Source: Schmidtea polychroa
Lineage: Eukaryota
Length of the DNA stretch: 64,000 nucleotides
Reading direction: 5' to 3'
Assembly (NCBI GenBank): GCA_044892525.1
Contig: CM097885.1
Coordinates: 32,242,001 to 32,306,000 of the forward strand
The position numbers and the translations under genes were made by a program. The notes beneath the pieces are model-generated. The model was not told where the DNA came from, did no database searches, and worked only from the letters and a program-made list of their open reading frames with translations. This document shows, piece by piece, positions 1 through 10,600 of the stretch; position 1 is the stretch's first letter; every line of letters starts with the position of its first letter.

Positions 1-2879
1 TTTAGAATTTCTTGTATTAATTCCTCAGTGGGCTCTTCCCAGGTGAACTTGCCAATTGGAAGGTATTGAGTCATTACTCCCGCATATAAAGCTGTTGCAT
101 CTATATACATTATTTCAGAAGGATTAGAAAGACCTTCCATTATTTCCTTACGATCTTCTGGGTTTGTTATTTCTACATATAGAGCATCAGGATCTTTGAA
201 AAATTTAGGATAAAGAGTTGTAAAATTATTAGCATTTATTTCTCTATTCCCTTGTACTGAAGAAATACCTCCTCTAATATTATGTTTATATACATTAAAC
301 ATATCAAGCTCAACTAATAATTCAATAGTTTTATTTCTTACTGCTACATCTTCATCAGTCCATATGGTATATAATAATATATCCCAAGCTAGAGAGGGAG
401 CGGTTATATAATTATAAGGTTTTAATTCAAAAGCTTTTGAAAATGTCTCGAAGCAATCAGCTAAGATATAAACATCTAAGGAAAGATACATGTCAGTATA
501 TTCTCCAAGGTTTCTACAGTTGAATAGATTCCACATTTTAACTGCACGGGAATATTCCTGATCAGAAATCCCTGATTGTGTTAAAACAGAAAAGAAATCT
601 TCTTGGGGTGGGAGTAATTCATTATATTTTTCAAAGGAGTCTATATAATCATATGGATAGATTCCTTTTGCTAGACAGGTATTATATTCCTCTAATGGAA
701 TATTGTTTTTTAATAACACATGTTCTTTTGTATATTTAAAATCCTCAGGGTTCATAGTTTTAGCAATCCCATCCAAAGACATCCCTAAGAAATTTAACGA
801 GTCCAAAAACTTAAAGCATCCATATTGAATGCTTTTATATTTTTCTTTTGTAAGTCCAATAACCTTGAAAGAGTTTTTAGCATTTGCGGCCAGATGCTTA
901 ATGAATAGGTGAATATCATAGCCAAAAAGATTGTGAAATATAAATGGTATGTGTGTTGGTTTTTTACAATTGAGATTACATTTTTTATGGGCTGCTCCTC
1001 TGTAATTATTTTCTCTTTTAAAATGATCATGGTCTGCAACCTTTGGCTCCTCATCCTCAAACTCTTGTTTACACATCCAGCAGTGTGTTGCATTTTTATA
1101 TTCTTCCTCTTGTTCTTCTGAAAAATTCATAGGAAAGTTGGATTTTAATATTATATATAATTCATGTTCTAGATTATTTAAAGTTTTAACAAAATGATCT
1201 AGAGTCTCTTTGTCAGAAGTTCCTCTAAATGAATATTCTCTAGATTCTACAAGTTCTGGATAATTACTTTTAAAAAACATTTTATAAGCAGAGGGTAATT
1301 GTTTTGTTAGTTTTACAGTATTAGTTTTTGTTCGTCTTAGTTTTACATTTATAGCTTCAAAATCACAATAAACCACTCCCAATGCTTCTAATAGATTGGA
1401 ATAGTTTTTAAACCTCATATTAGCATTTTTCTTGTGTGGCATTTTTATTAAAGCAGGTTGATTCTTACAACAGAGTCTCTCATGTTTAATAGCAGCAAGT
1501 TTTGAAGTTGAATGATATAAACATCTTTTACAACATATGCCTCCACGAATGAGTGTGTTTCCTTTCATAAAACTTTGAAAATTCTTTATTAAGATATAAT
1601 GAAGTTTTTTATCTAACATAGTGCCTCCGGACGCAGTGCTTTCTGCTTCTGGTTCTAATGAAATGCCTTCTTCTGCTTCCATAACCTTCGGGTGAATACT
1701 TTGAACCTCTTCACCATATTCTTCTCCATCAAACTCTTCGTCTGCTTTACCTTCTTCTAATATTAAAAGATCTACTTCTCTCTTTTCATCTGAGATTTCC
1801 ATATTAGAAATGTAAATAGGAATAATTTGTTTATAATTTTTATTTTTTCTAGTTTTTGTAATTTTGGTTGGAATGAATTGATAAATATTAATTTTAAGAT
1901 TATTTAATTTTTCAAATGCTGGAACATCTTCAATTTTCATTGGGTGGGAAAAATCTTTTGGATATATTAATTCAGATTCATATTCTTCATATTTTTGAAC
2001 TCTCTGTGGGTTAGTTGCTTGAGGATGTAAGTGTGCAAGTATTGACCATTGAAAACATTTATTATCTTTATTCTGTACATTTATAACATGGTTGGAGGTG
2101 AATGGTGTATGAATAAAAGATTTAGGATTTGGTGGTGCACCTCTCCAGTATTCAATCTCTATGTTTTGAAAAGAGTGGAATCTTAAATTAGATTCTCCTA
2201 GTTCTTGTTCCACCTGTTCTTGTTTTTCTTCCAATTCTTTAGCTATATCATTAACAAGTTTATTTCCTGCTTTTGTAGAAAATAAATATTTATATGAGGT
2301 TTCAATTTTTACATCTAGAGGCATTGCGATCGAATCATCTCCTCTCCAGTATTTTGCATTTCCTGTAAATTTAACTTTTATAACATTAAATCTTGATCTA
2401 CCAAATTTTTTTATAGCATCATCCATTGATGATATTATTTTTTTTTTATTTTCTCTTATATATTGCATGATTGATCTGGGTCCTCGTTTTACTTCTGCAA
2501 TTACATCGGTGTGATTGAAGTCATCCCAATTAAACTCTAGTTTTTCAGCTTTTTCAGTCATTGAGTTTGAATCAGAATCTTTTGCTTCAAGACCACAATC
2601 TTCTATGTGTCTTAAGTAAAAAGATTTTATCCTCATCGTTTTTCCACATGCTGAACATTCGAATATTTCTCTGTTTTTAGGAACTCCAATACAATTTTTA
2701 AAATGCTTCTTATAACCTGAAAATAAATATCTATCCTTACATTTAGTACAGATTTTGGAATTAGTGTCATCTAGTGTGTTAGCTTTTATTAAATGGTCTT
2801 TTGATTTTTTATGAGATGTTAAAGCAGTTTTATTTTTAAAATTTTTTTCACAAATTTCACAATTGAAAATAGCTTCCAT
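1..2879 (-). CDS. Protein-primed family B DNA polymerase of A1, 5' part (3' end outside window)
   Basis: ATG at 2879; colinear with the 1461-aa ORF at 7678-12063. Net offset changes by only 12 nt (in-frame deletion near 1055). No stop seen by eye. Confidence 0.85.
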   Translation of the reverse strand, partial: MEAIFNCEICEKNFKNKTALTSHKKSKDHLIKANTLDDTNSKICTKCKDRYLFSGYKKHFKNCIGVPKNREIFECSACGKTMRIKSFYLRHIEDCGLEAKDSDSNSMTEKAEKLEFNWDDFNHTDVIAEVKRGPRSIMQYIRENKKKIISSMDDAIKKFGRSRFNVIKVKFTGNAKYWRGDDSIAMPLDVKIETSYKYLFSTKAGNKLVNDIAKELEEKQEQVEQELGESNLRFHSFQNIEIEYWRGAPPNPKSFIHTPFTSNHVINVQNKDNKCFQWSILAHLHPQATNPQRVQKYEEYESELIYPKDFSHPMKIEDVPAFEKLNNLKINIYQFIPTKITKTRKNKNYKQIIPIYISNMEISDEKREVDLLILEEGKADEEFDGEEYGEEVQSIHPKVMEAEEGISLEPEAESTASGGTMLDKKLHYILIKNFQSFMKGNTLIRGGICCKRCLYHSTSKLAAIKHERLCCKNQPALIKMPHKKNANMRFKNYSNLLEALGVVYCDFEAINVKLRRTKTNTVKLTKQLPSAYKMFFKSNYPELVESREYSFRGTSDKETLDHFVKTLNNLEHELYIILKSNFPMNFSEEQEEEYKNATHCWMCKQEFEDEEPKVADHDHFKRENNYRGAAHKKCNLNCKKPTHIPFIFHNLFGYDIHLFIKHLAANAKNSFKVIGLTKEKYKSIQYGCFKFLDSLNFLGMSLDGIAKTMNPEDFKYTKEHVLLKNNIPLEEYNTCLAKGIYPYDYIDSFEKYNELLPPQEDFFSVLTQSGISDQEYSRAVKMWNLFNCRNLGEYTDMYLSLDVYILADCFETFSKAFELKPYNYITAPSLAWDILLYTIWTDEDVAVRNKTIELLVELDMFNVYKHNIRGGISSVQGNREINANNFTTLYPKFFKDPDALYVEITNPEDRKEIMEGLSNPSEIMYIDATALYAGVMTQYLPIGKFTWEEPTEELIQEIL

Positions 2880-3039
2880 TTTTAAAAGAATCTTTTGGTT
2901 GGATACGATGTTTTGGTTTTGATATTAATTTTTATTTTTTTTAAATCTAAAAGTGATCAGGCGACCTAGATCATTATGAATTAGGTAATCTGATATTCTT
3001 ATAACATTAAATCCTTATAACATTAAATCCTTAAGACCA

Positions 3040-3285
3040 AGTAGTGAGGAATCTATTCACCCCGTTACCTTTTCTCGGAATTACTAATCTATAAATACAT
3101 CTATTCCGAACTTTTTTACTTTTAAGGGAAGAAATTAAGGGTTAATGGCAATAGGGGACAAAGTTTAAAAGTTAAAAAAAGTGAAGAATATGGGGTAAAA
3201 AAGCATATAAATGTGGAAAATATGGGTCAATAGCGCTGTTTTTTTTTAGGGTTGGGGTGCTGGGGTGCATAGATTCCTCACTACT
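3040..3285. repeat. 246-bp terminal cassette bounded by 24-bp inverted repeats
   Basis: AGTAGTGAGGAATCTATTCACCCC at 3040 and GGGGTGCATAGATTCCTCACTACT ending at 3285; direct copy at 12184-12429. Confidence 0.9.
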
Positions 3286-4065
3286 GAGGTAATAACACAA
3301 CAACAGGGGCCAACAATTAAAGCTATAAAAGAGTTGGAAGATTTCAATGAGCAAGCAAAATTTAAAGAGTTAGAAGATAAAAAACAAAAAATAAAAGAAC
3401 TAGAGTGGCAGGATAAAGAAAAAGAATCCAGTGAAAACCATCCTGAAAGTCATTCTGAAAGAATTCAAAGAAAACGCAGAAGAATTTCTAATGTGGAAGA
3501 AGAAGAAATGTTTTTAAAAACAAAACCTCTTAAAGTTGATCCTAAAATTAGAGATGATTTACCTCCTTCAATTAGACCCACATTTAATACTAATACTGAA
3601 GGATATCAAATAATAACAATTAATAAACAAAACTTTACTTTATATTCAAATTCAGAAAATAAATCACGTATTCATTCACAAAATGTTTATAATAATGAAT
3701 ATTTAGACTTTGAATTTACAGATGATTTTTATAGATTACTTTGTGGATATTCTTCAGATGATGTTGAAGAAATTAAAAAATATTTAAATTTAATAAAATT
3801 AATAAGAGCTAGTTCTAAAGCAAAATATATTCAAGATTTAAAGAATTATTTAAATAAAAATGAAAAGGGTTATGTTGTTACAGAGGGAGAGGGATTAATT
3901 AGTGAAGGAAATCCCATCAATCTTTTTATTGAATTAAGAAAACTATTAGCTGCAAGGAAAGCAGGACATAATAATTTAGATTCTGATATTTTAAAGATTT
4001 CTAAAGATTTGTTAAAACAAGGAATAATTTCAAAAGATAAATTTAATAAGTATACGAAGTTATAA
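3286..4065 (+). pseudogene. 5'-truncated conserved Polinton protein of unknown function
   Basis: C-terminal NPINLFIELRKLLAARKAGHNN...LLKQGII resembles a recurrent Polinton domain. The first 7 codons of the listed ORF come from the A1 terminus. Confidence 0.6.
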
Positions 4066-4087
4066 ATACGAAGTTTTAAAATACAAA

Positions 4088-4552
4088 ATGACTCCTTCAA
4101 TATTAGATTTTTTAAAAACATTTGGAATAAATGCAAAAACAAATTTTGATTTAAAAGATTATGCAAATTATTTAAATTTAAAAATTAAAATATTAATGAA
4201 TGATGAATTATCAAGTCTGGAGAGTCCCCTGAATATAATAATCAATTATCAAAATTCAAATGAAAAAGGATCTCATTGGGTTTGTATATATAAGAAATCT
4301 ATCTACTTTGATTCTTTTGGGATTAAACCTACTAAAGAAGTTGAAGATTATCTCTTGAGGGGTTCTCCGATTGATTCCCCAAATGGTTATACTTTTAACT
4401 CTTTACAAGTTCAACCTTTGAATACTAAAATATGTGGTATTTTAAGTTTATATGTTTTGTATAGATTGAATAAGGGAGAGGGAAAGGAGCATACGCAGGA
4501 TTTTGAATCTATAATTCAAGAAATTTATAATGATCTAGAATCTCTACTATAA
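4088..4552 (+). CDS. Adenain-like capsid maturation cysteine protease
   Basis: GSHWV, YFDSFG and QVQ...ICG give the catalytic His/Asp/Gln/Cys pattern. Confidence 0.9.
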   Translation: MTPSILDFLKTFGINAKTNFDLKDYANYLNLKIKILMNDELSSLESPLNIIINYQNSNEKGSHWVCIYKKSIYFDSFGIKPTKEVEDYLLRGSPIDSPNGYTFNSLQVQPLNTKICGILSLYVLYRLNKGEGKEHTQDFESIIQEIYNDLESLL

Positions 4553-4600
4553 GGATTTTTACTATAAGGATTTTTACTATATGAATTTACTACTAAAGAA

Positions 4601-5365
4601 ATGGAGCTTCACAACCCTCCGGAAGATAATTTAAAAAAAATGGTAAACATAATGTCAGATAAATATTCAAGAACTTTATCTATAAATTCAAAAGAATCAG
4701 ACTTTACTATAAACTTTCAAGATTCAATTAAATTAGATCAAAATTTAAATTATGAATTGGGGCTATTATGGTTTTGTGCTTATAATACTATTTTTAATAT
4801 AACTAAAGATAATAATAAATTTACTATTCAAACTCGTGATGGGCATAAACCAGAAATTATAACAATAGAACCTGGGGCATATGAGATAAAAGATTTAAAT
4901 GATATACTTTCTAAAAAAACAAATGAAGGTATTAAAATTAAAATGGATATACCAACTTCAAAATGTGTAATGACTTTGAAGAATATAAAAATTAGTTTTT
5001 TAGATAATTGTTTCTTTCACACAGTTTTAGGATTTAAACCTATGGATATAACAATAAAAGAAGATAAAATAATAACATCAGAACATATTATAAAAATAAT
5101 AAATACAAACACAATAAATATTCATTGCGATTGTATAACAGGTTCTTATAATAATGGTAAACAAACAAATGTTTTATATTCCTTTCCCTCAAACACAGTT
5201 CCTATGGGATATAAAATAGTTGAAAGAATGAATCCTCCAAATTATTTACCTTTATGTAGAAAATATATAATGGATATTAATTTTAAAATTCTTAATCAAG
5301 AAGGAGAATTGATTGATTTTAATGGAGAAGAGATTTCAATGTATTTACATTTGAAACAGGTTTGA
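4601..5365 (+). CDS. Minor capsid protein (penton, single jelly roll)
   Basis: YNTIFNIT..NN, IEPGAYEI, INIHCDCITGSYNNG, LYSF and IDFNGE motifs are typical of Polinton minor capsid proteins. Confidence 0.85.
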   Translation: MELHNPPEDNLKKMVNIMSDKYSRTLSINSKESDFTINFQDSIKLDQNLNYELGLLWFCAYNTIFNITKDNNKFTIQTRDGHKPEIITIEPGAYEIKDLNDILSKKTNEGIKIKMDIPTSKCVMTLKNIKISFLDNCFFHTVLGFKPMDITIKEDKIITSEHIIKIINTNTINIHCDCITGSYNNGKQTNVLYSFPSNTVPMGYKIVERMNPPNYLPLCRKYIMDINFKILNQEGELIDFNGEEISMYLHLKQV

Positions 5366-5389
5366 AGATTCATTTTAAATTATTAATAA

Positions 5390-6400
5390 ATGAGTTCTTA
5401 TATTCCATGTAATAGAGGTGGTGGAACAATAAAAACAGGGTTTAATACAGAAGAAATATTAACTTTAACAGAAAATAAATATATTAATGAAAGAGGTGAT
5501 TCAATGAAGGGTGATTTAATTTTAAATGGACACAAGATAAAAGAATTATCTTTTCCAACTGATGAAGCTGATGCAGTTAATAAGAAATATGTAGATGGTG
5601 TTAAAAAATATACTGATTTAACAACAACAAGAATTGAAAGTTCATTAACAACAAAAATTGATTCAATGGAATCAAAGCTTAATAATATCGAACAACGATT
5701 TAATGATAAATTTGACAAGTTACAAAGTCTGTTAACTGAACAAGTTGTAAAGTTAAATACTGCTATATTAAATTCTAAAGATAAACAAATTATGAATACT
5801 AAATTTAATACAATATATAAAATAATAAATGAGATGATTACATCATTTAATAAAAGAATTTCAAATTTAGAGTCTCATGGAACACACATTAACACCACAC
5901 ATAGTATTAGAAAAAGAGCTGCTGAATTAGAACAGAATAAAACATTATTACCCCATACATATAAACATTTTATAGAACCAAGTTTAATAACAACAAACAG
6001 TAAAGAATGGGGTGTTTTTATGGTTGTAAAAATTATTGATCCTTATTTCTTTTTGTTTGATGATGATAATGAAAGAATGAAATGGTTTGTGAAATGTGAT
6101 TATAATAGTAAGCTTGAAAAGGGTGATGTTATAATGACTAGTTATGATTTACCACACGGAGATTGGTATGTTAATACTCATTCACATGGACTACATAAAG
6201 TTAAAAGTAAGAATATTCATTTTTCTAGTTCACTTGTACAATATATAGATTTAATATTTTATGAAAAAAAGGTTGATGTTGATGAAGTTCGTAACGCATT
6301 GAGAGAATTGTATAAAGATATCCTCTCAACAAGAGTTTCTTTTGATATCCGAGTATTGGTGCCAGATGGTGCTCAGAAGAATAAAGTCTTATTTTTTTAA
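5390..6400 (+). CDS. Putative fibre-like virion protein
   Basis: GDSMKGDLILNGHKI..L..P....DAVNKKYVD fibre/neck-like motif followed by a long coiled coil; lies next to the penton gene; homologue at 44605-45582. Confidence 0.55.
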   Translation: MSSYIPCNRGGGTIKTGFNTEEILTLTENKYINERGDSMKGDLILNGHKIKELSFPTDEADAVNKKYVDGVKKYTDLTTTRIESSLTTKIDSMESKLNNIEQRFNDKFDKLQSLLTEQVVKLNTAILNSKDKQIMNTKFNTIYKIINEMITSFNKRISNLESHGTHINTTHSIRKRAAELEQNKTLLPHTYKHFIEPSLITTNSKEWGVFMVVKIIDPYFFLFDDDNERMKWFVKCDYNSKLEKGDVIMTSYDLPHGDWYVNTHSHGLHKVKSKNIHFSSSLVQYIDLIFYEKKVDVDEVRNALRELYKDILSTRVSFDIRVLVPDGAQKNKVLFF

Positions 6401-6408
6401 TTATTAAA

Positions 6409-7020
6409 ATGGAAGAAGTAATAGAAGAAAAAATTTACCCAGAATTGAGATCATCAGGATATTATTCCGAAGGTCACAAAGGTTCCAAGGCCTCGGCTCC
6501 CACAGAACTTGAAATTATGAGAGTAAAAGAATTTAAATCAGAAACCTTACATTTAAAAGATTTATTAAAGCATTATAAAAAAATTAAAAATAGATGGAAT
6601 AAAGGGAATACAGTTTTAAAAGTTATAGGTTATTCTTTAGGATTTGCATCTGCAATATTAACAGTTATTTTACCCATAACTTTACCAGTTGTTACTCTTG
6701 CACCTGTAATACTTGGAAGTATTTCTGTGGCTGATGGTTTCTTAACTGAAATAGTTTCATTATCTTATACTTCTAAAAAGAAAAGTTTATATAGAGAAGT
6801 TTGTTTATCAATAGAATTAGGAATCTCTAAATTATTTTTATTTCAATTAAAAGCTTTGGAAGATGGAATCCTGACAGACGAAGAAATAATGAAATCAAAT
6901 CAAATAATACAAGATATAAAGAATGAGGTTATAAGATTAAAAAGGGAGGGCATGGTGGCTAATGTTATAAGTAATAAAAAAACATCTCGAGAAAAATGGT
7001 TAAAGAATTCTTACTTATAA
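6409..7020 (+). CDS. Polinton two-transmembrane-helix protein
   Basis: Hydrophobic hairpin IGYSLGFASAILTVILPITLPVVTLAPVILGSISV; N-terminal YPEL; homologue at 43997-44596. Confidence 0.7.
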   Translation: MEEVIEEKIYPELRSSGYYSEGHKGSKASAPTELEIMRVKEFKSETLHLKDLLKHYKKIKNRWNKGNTVLKVIGYSLGFASAILTVILPITLPVVTLAPVILGSISVADGFLTEIVSLSYTSKKKSLYREVCLSIELGISKLFLFQLKALEDGILTDEEIMKSNQIIQDIKNEVIRLKREGMVANVISNKKTSREKWLKNSYL

Positions 7021-7098
7021 AATGGGTGTATTTTTAAAAAAGTAGATCAGGTTGCTATAGTTGCTTAAATTAATTGTCGACATTTTATTATTAAAAAA

Positions 7099-7653
7099 TT
7101 AAATATCGTTGAAAGCCAACCTATGAATCATTAATTTATGATCTTTAAATTCTTTATCACTTAGACCTTTTATATATTCAGGATCAGTATTAAAATATTT
7201 AAGTTCTAAACATATAGGATTAAAAACTTGAGAATATAAAGGTTTCTCGATTTCTCTCTCGGGATAAATAATTTCAACATTATAAATATCAAGATCAGTA
7301 ATCTTTGTATCATATAACTTATTCAACTTTTCTAGATTTTTTATTATAGGGATTAAATTATTTCCAATAGGTAGAGTTGTCTTTAAATCACTTAGTATGA
7401 ATCTCTTATCATCATAATTTGATAATGATACTTTTTGAGATTCTATCAAGTGAATATCATGGTTTTCACTTTTAAGTTGATGTATTTCATCAATTTTATC
7501 TTTATGATTTGGGTTTAATGTATCTATATAATCTTGATGAGAAAGATTCTTTGCAACCACTCTCTGTATTCCTTTACATCTGTTATCCTTTAAATTAGTA
7601 ATATTTTTTATAATTTCAAAAATGTTATTTTCTTGATTTTTAGTTTCCATCAT
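7099..7653 (-). CDS. Stand-alone copy of the pPolB C-terminal domain
   Basis: KGI...LSNYDDKR motifs; nearly identical to the last ~160 aa of the element C polymerase. Confidence 0.75.
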   Translation of the reverse strand: MMETKNQENNIFEIIKNITNLKDNRCKGIQRVVAKNLSHQDYIDTLNPNHKDKIDEIHQLKSENHDIHLIESQKVSLSNYDDKRFILSDLKTTLPIGNNLIPIIKNLEKLNKLYDTKITDLDIYNVEIIYPEREIEKPLYSQVFNPICLELKYFNTDPEYIKGLSDKEFKDHKLMIHRLAFNDI

Positions 7654-7677
7654 TTTATAGTGTTAAAATTCTAATTC

Positions 7678-10600
7678 TTAGACCAGTCGTAATTGATTTA
7701 TAATTATTTCTGCAGTAATGCTTTTTAACATTAATTTATGTGATTTAAAGTCTTCTGGTGTTAGTCCTTGGATATATTCAGGATCAGTATTAAAATATTT
7801 AAGTTCTATAGGTTTTATATTTTGAACTTGATTATATAAAGGTTTAGGAATTAATATTTCAGGATATTGGATTTCTACTTTAGCAAGTTGAAGGTCTGTA
7901 ATCTCTAGGATATAAATTTCATTTATTTTATCAAGATTTTTTATTATAGGGATTAAATCATTTCCAATAGGTAATGTTGTCTTCAAGTCAGAAAGTATAA
8001 ATCTTTTATCATCATAATTTGTTATAGCAATCTTGTTACACTCTTCAAGATATATATTATGTTTCTCTGATTTAAGATGATGGGTTTTAGCAATTTTATT
8101 TTTATAATTTATATTTAATGAATCTTTATACTCTTGATGTGTGAAGGTTTTTGACACTGATTTTTGAATTCCTTTACTTTTATTTTCTTTATAGCTTTTC
8201 GGGTTTTCAGGGAATGAAGGATATTCAAATGTTCGATCTACTTCAACAGATCCTTCTATTATAAATTTTATTGTATGCTCTTTCATAATTGGTTTGTCTT
8301 TCATTTCAAGAGAATATTGTTTAGGTCTAATAAACACTCCTCCAGTTATTGGAGTATTTGGTTTTTCATCTTTAAAAGTAAACAACTCTCCAGAATTGTT
8401 TATTAATTTATTTAAGGTTGGATCTTCACGTATTTCTTTTTTTAAATCTTTGCTATATCCTTTTAAAAACATACTATCAGTGTCCATTGCATGCATGGAT
8501 ATTCGATCTTCAAAATGTGGTACTAGAACATCATAGTAGGCTTCATACATTTGAAGCTTTGAAAGTTCTAAAATTGAAAACCCTATAAAGATTGGTTTAT
8601 TATAAGTTTTTACAGAGTTTTTAATCTCTATGGCTATAAGGTTACTAGAGAATATCTCGGCATTTTTAAATGTGGGCTTTCCAATTATCCGGTTGTACCT
8701 ATTAAGGTCTTTGGATGTATTGGTCAAAAGCTCTACACGTGTGTACTTGTCTATATTCTCCATGGTCTTTCCAAAGACCGCATTGTTCAGGAGTTTGTAA
8801 ATCATATCAAGAAATGCATTTCCAGCTCTCTTTGCTGCATTTCTTTTCAAAATATTTCCCTCTATGAATTTTTTCATAAAAGGGGCTTGTCGAAATTTAA
8901 TAATGGAATGTACTTTTTTTAAAACCATTCCATGGGAGAGATAAAACTGAAGGAGTCTATAATGACAAAGGTAATCAGTTTTATCGGTCTGATCGCATAA
9001 AAGTTTTATACAGGGCGATCTATCCTGAGCCATCTGCCAGTCTGAAAGTTCTTCAGTCGAGATCTTTCTTCTTACTGGAGCAAATGGAAAGAATCTTGTC
9101 CTGGATTTTATTTCATTGGGATATTCAAGATCGCATTCTATGACATATCCATATTGTGAATTCTTTGGTGTTTTTAGAATTTCTTGTATTAATTCCTCAG
9201 TGGGCTCTTCCCAGGTGAACTTGCCAATTGGAAGGTATTGAGTCATTACTCCTGCATATAAAGCTGTTGCATCTATATACATTATTTCAGAAGGATTAGA
9301 AAGACCTTCCAGTATTTCCTCACGATCTTCTGGGTTTGTTATTTCTACATATAGAGCATCAGTATCTTTGAAAAATTTAGGATAAAGAGTTGTAAAATTA
9401 TTAGCATTTATTTCTCTATTCCCTTGTACTGAAGAAATACCTCCTCTAATATTATGTTTATATACATTAAACATATCAAGCTCAACTAATAATTCAATGG
9501 TTTTATTTCTTTCTGCTATGTCTTCATCGGTCCATATGCTATATAATAATATATCCCAAGCTAGAGAGGGAGCGGTTATATAATTATAAGGTTTTAATTC
9601 AAAAGCTTTTGAAAATGTCTCGAAGCAATCAGCTAAGATATAAACATCTAAGGAAAGATACATGTCAGTATATTCTCCAAGGTTTCTACAGTTGAAAAGA
9701 TTCCACATTTTAAGTGCACGGGAATATTCCTGATCAGAAATCCCTGATTGTGTTAAAACAGAAAAGAAATCTTCTTGAGCTGGGAGTAATTCATTATATT
9801 TTTCAAAGGAGTCTATATAATCATATGGATAGATTCCTTTTGCTAGACAGGTATTATATTCCTCTAATGGAATATTGTTTTTTAATAACACATGTTCTTT
9901 TGTATATTTAAAATCCTCAGGGTTCATAGTTTTTGCAATGCCATTCAAAGACATCCCTAAGAAATTTAAGGAGTCCAAAAACTTAAAGCATCCATATTGA
10001 ATGCTTTTATATTTTTCTTTTGTAAGTCCAATAACCTTGAAAGAGTTTTTAGCATTTGCAGCTAGATGTTTAATGAACAGGTGAATATCATATCCAAAAA
10101 GATTGTGAAATATAAATGGTATGTGTGTTGGTTTTTTACAATTGAGATTACAATTTTTATGGGCCGCTCCTCTGTAATTATTTTCTATTTTAAAATGATC
10201 ATGGTCAGGAACCTTTAGTTCACTAGTTGACTCCTCATCCTCAAACTCTTGTTTGCACATCCAGCAGTGTGTTGCATTTTTATATTCTTCCTCTTGTTCT
10301 TCTGAAAAATTCATAGGAAAGTTGGATTTTAATATTATATATAATTCATGTTCTAGATTATTTAAAGTTTCAACAAAATGGTCTAGAGTCTCTTTGTCAG
10401 AAGTTCCCCTAAATGAATATTCTCTAGATTCTACAAGTTCTGGATAATTACTTTTGAAAAACATTTTATAAGCAGAGGGTAATTGTTTTGTTAGTTTTAC
10501 AGTATTAGTTTTTGTTCGTCTTAGTTTTACATTTATAGCTTCAAAATCACAATAAACCACTCCCAATGCTTCTAATAGATTGGAATAGTTTTTAAACCTC

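Larger units (their letters stand above)
1..3285 (-). mobile_element. Polinton/Maverick copy A1, right-hand part (runs off the window start)
   Basis: Near-identical to 9173-12429; ends in the Polinton-type terminus ...CCTCACTACT at 3285. Confidence 0.9.

Noticed and set aside
794..1121. Short ORFs suggesting a broken A1 polymerase
   Set aside because: They are alternative frames; the polymerase frame appears to run off the window edge.
4545..4580. ATAAG repeats as baculovirus-like late promoters
   Set aside because: Too short and AT-rich, and absent at the equivalent position in element C.
5900..5925. Furin site (IRKR) in the fibre-like protein implying an envelope glycoprotein
   Set aside because: It lacks the P4 Arg, and no signal peptide or TM anchor is visible.
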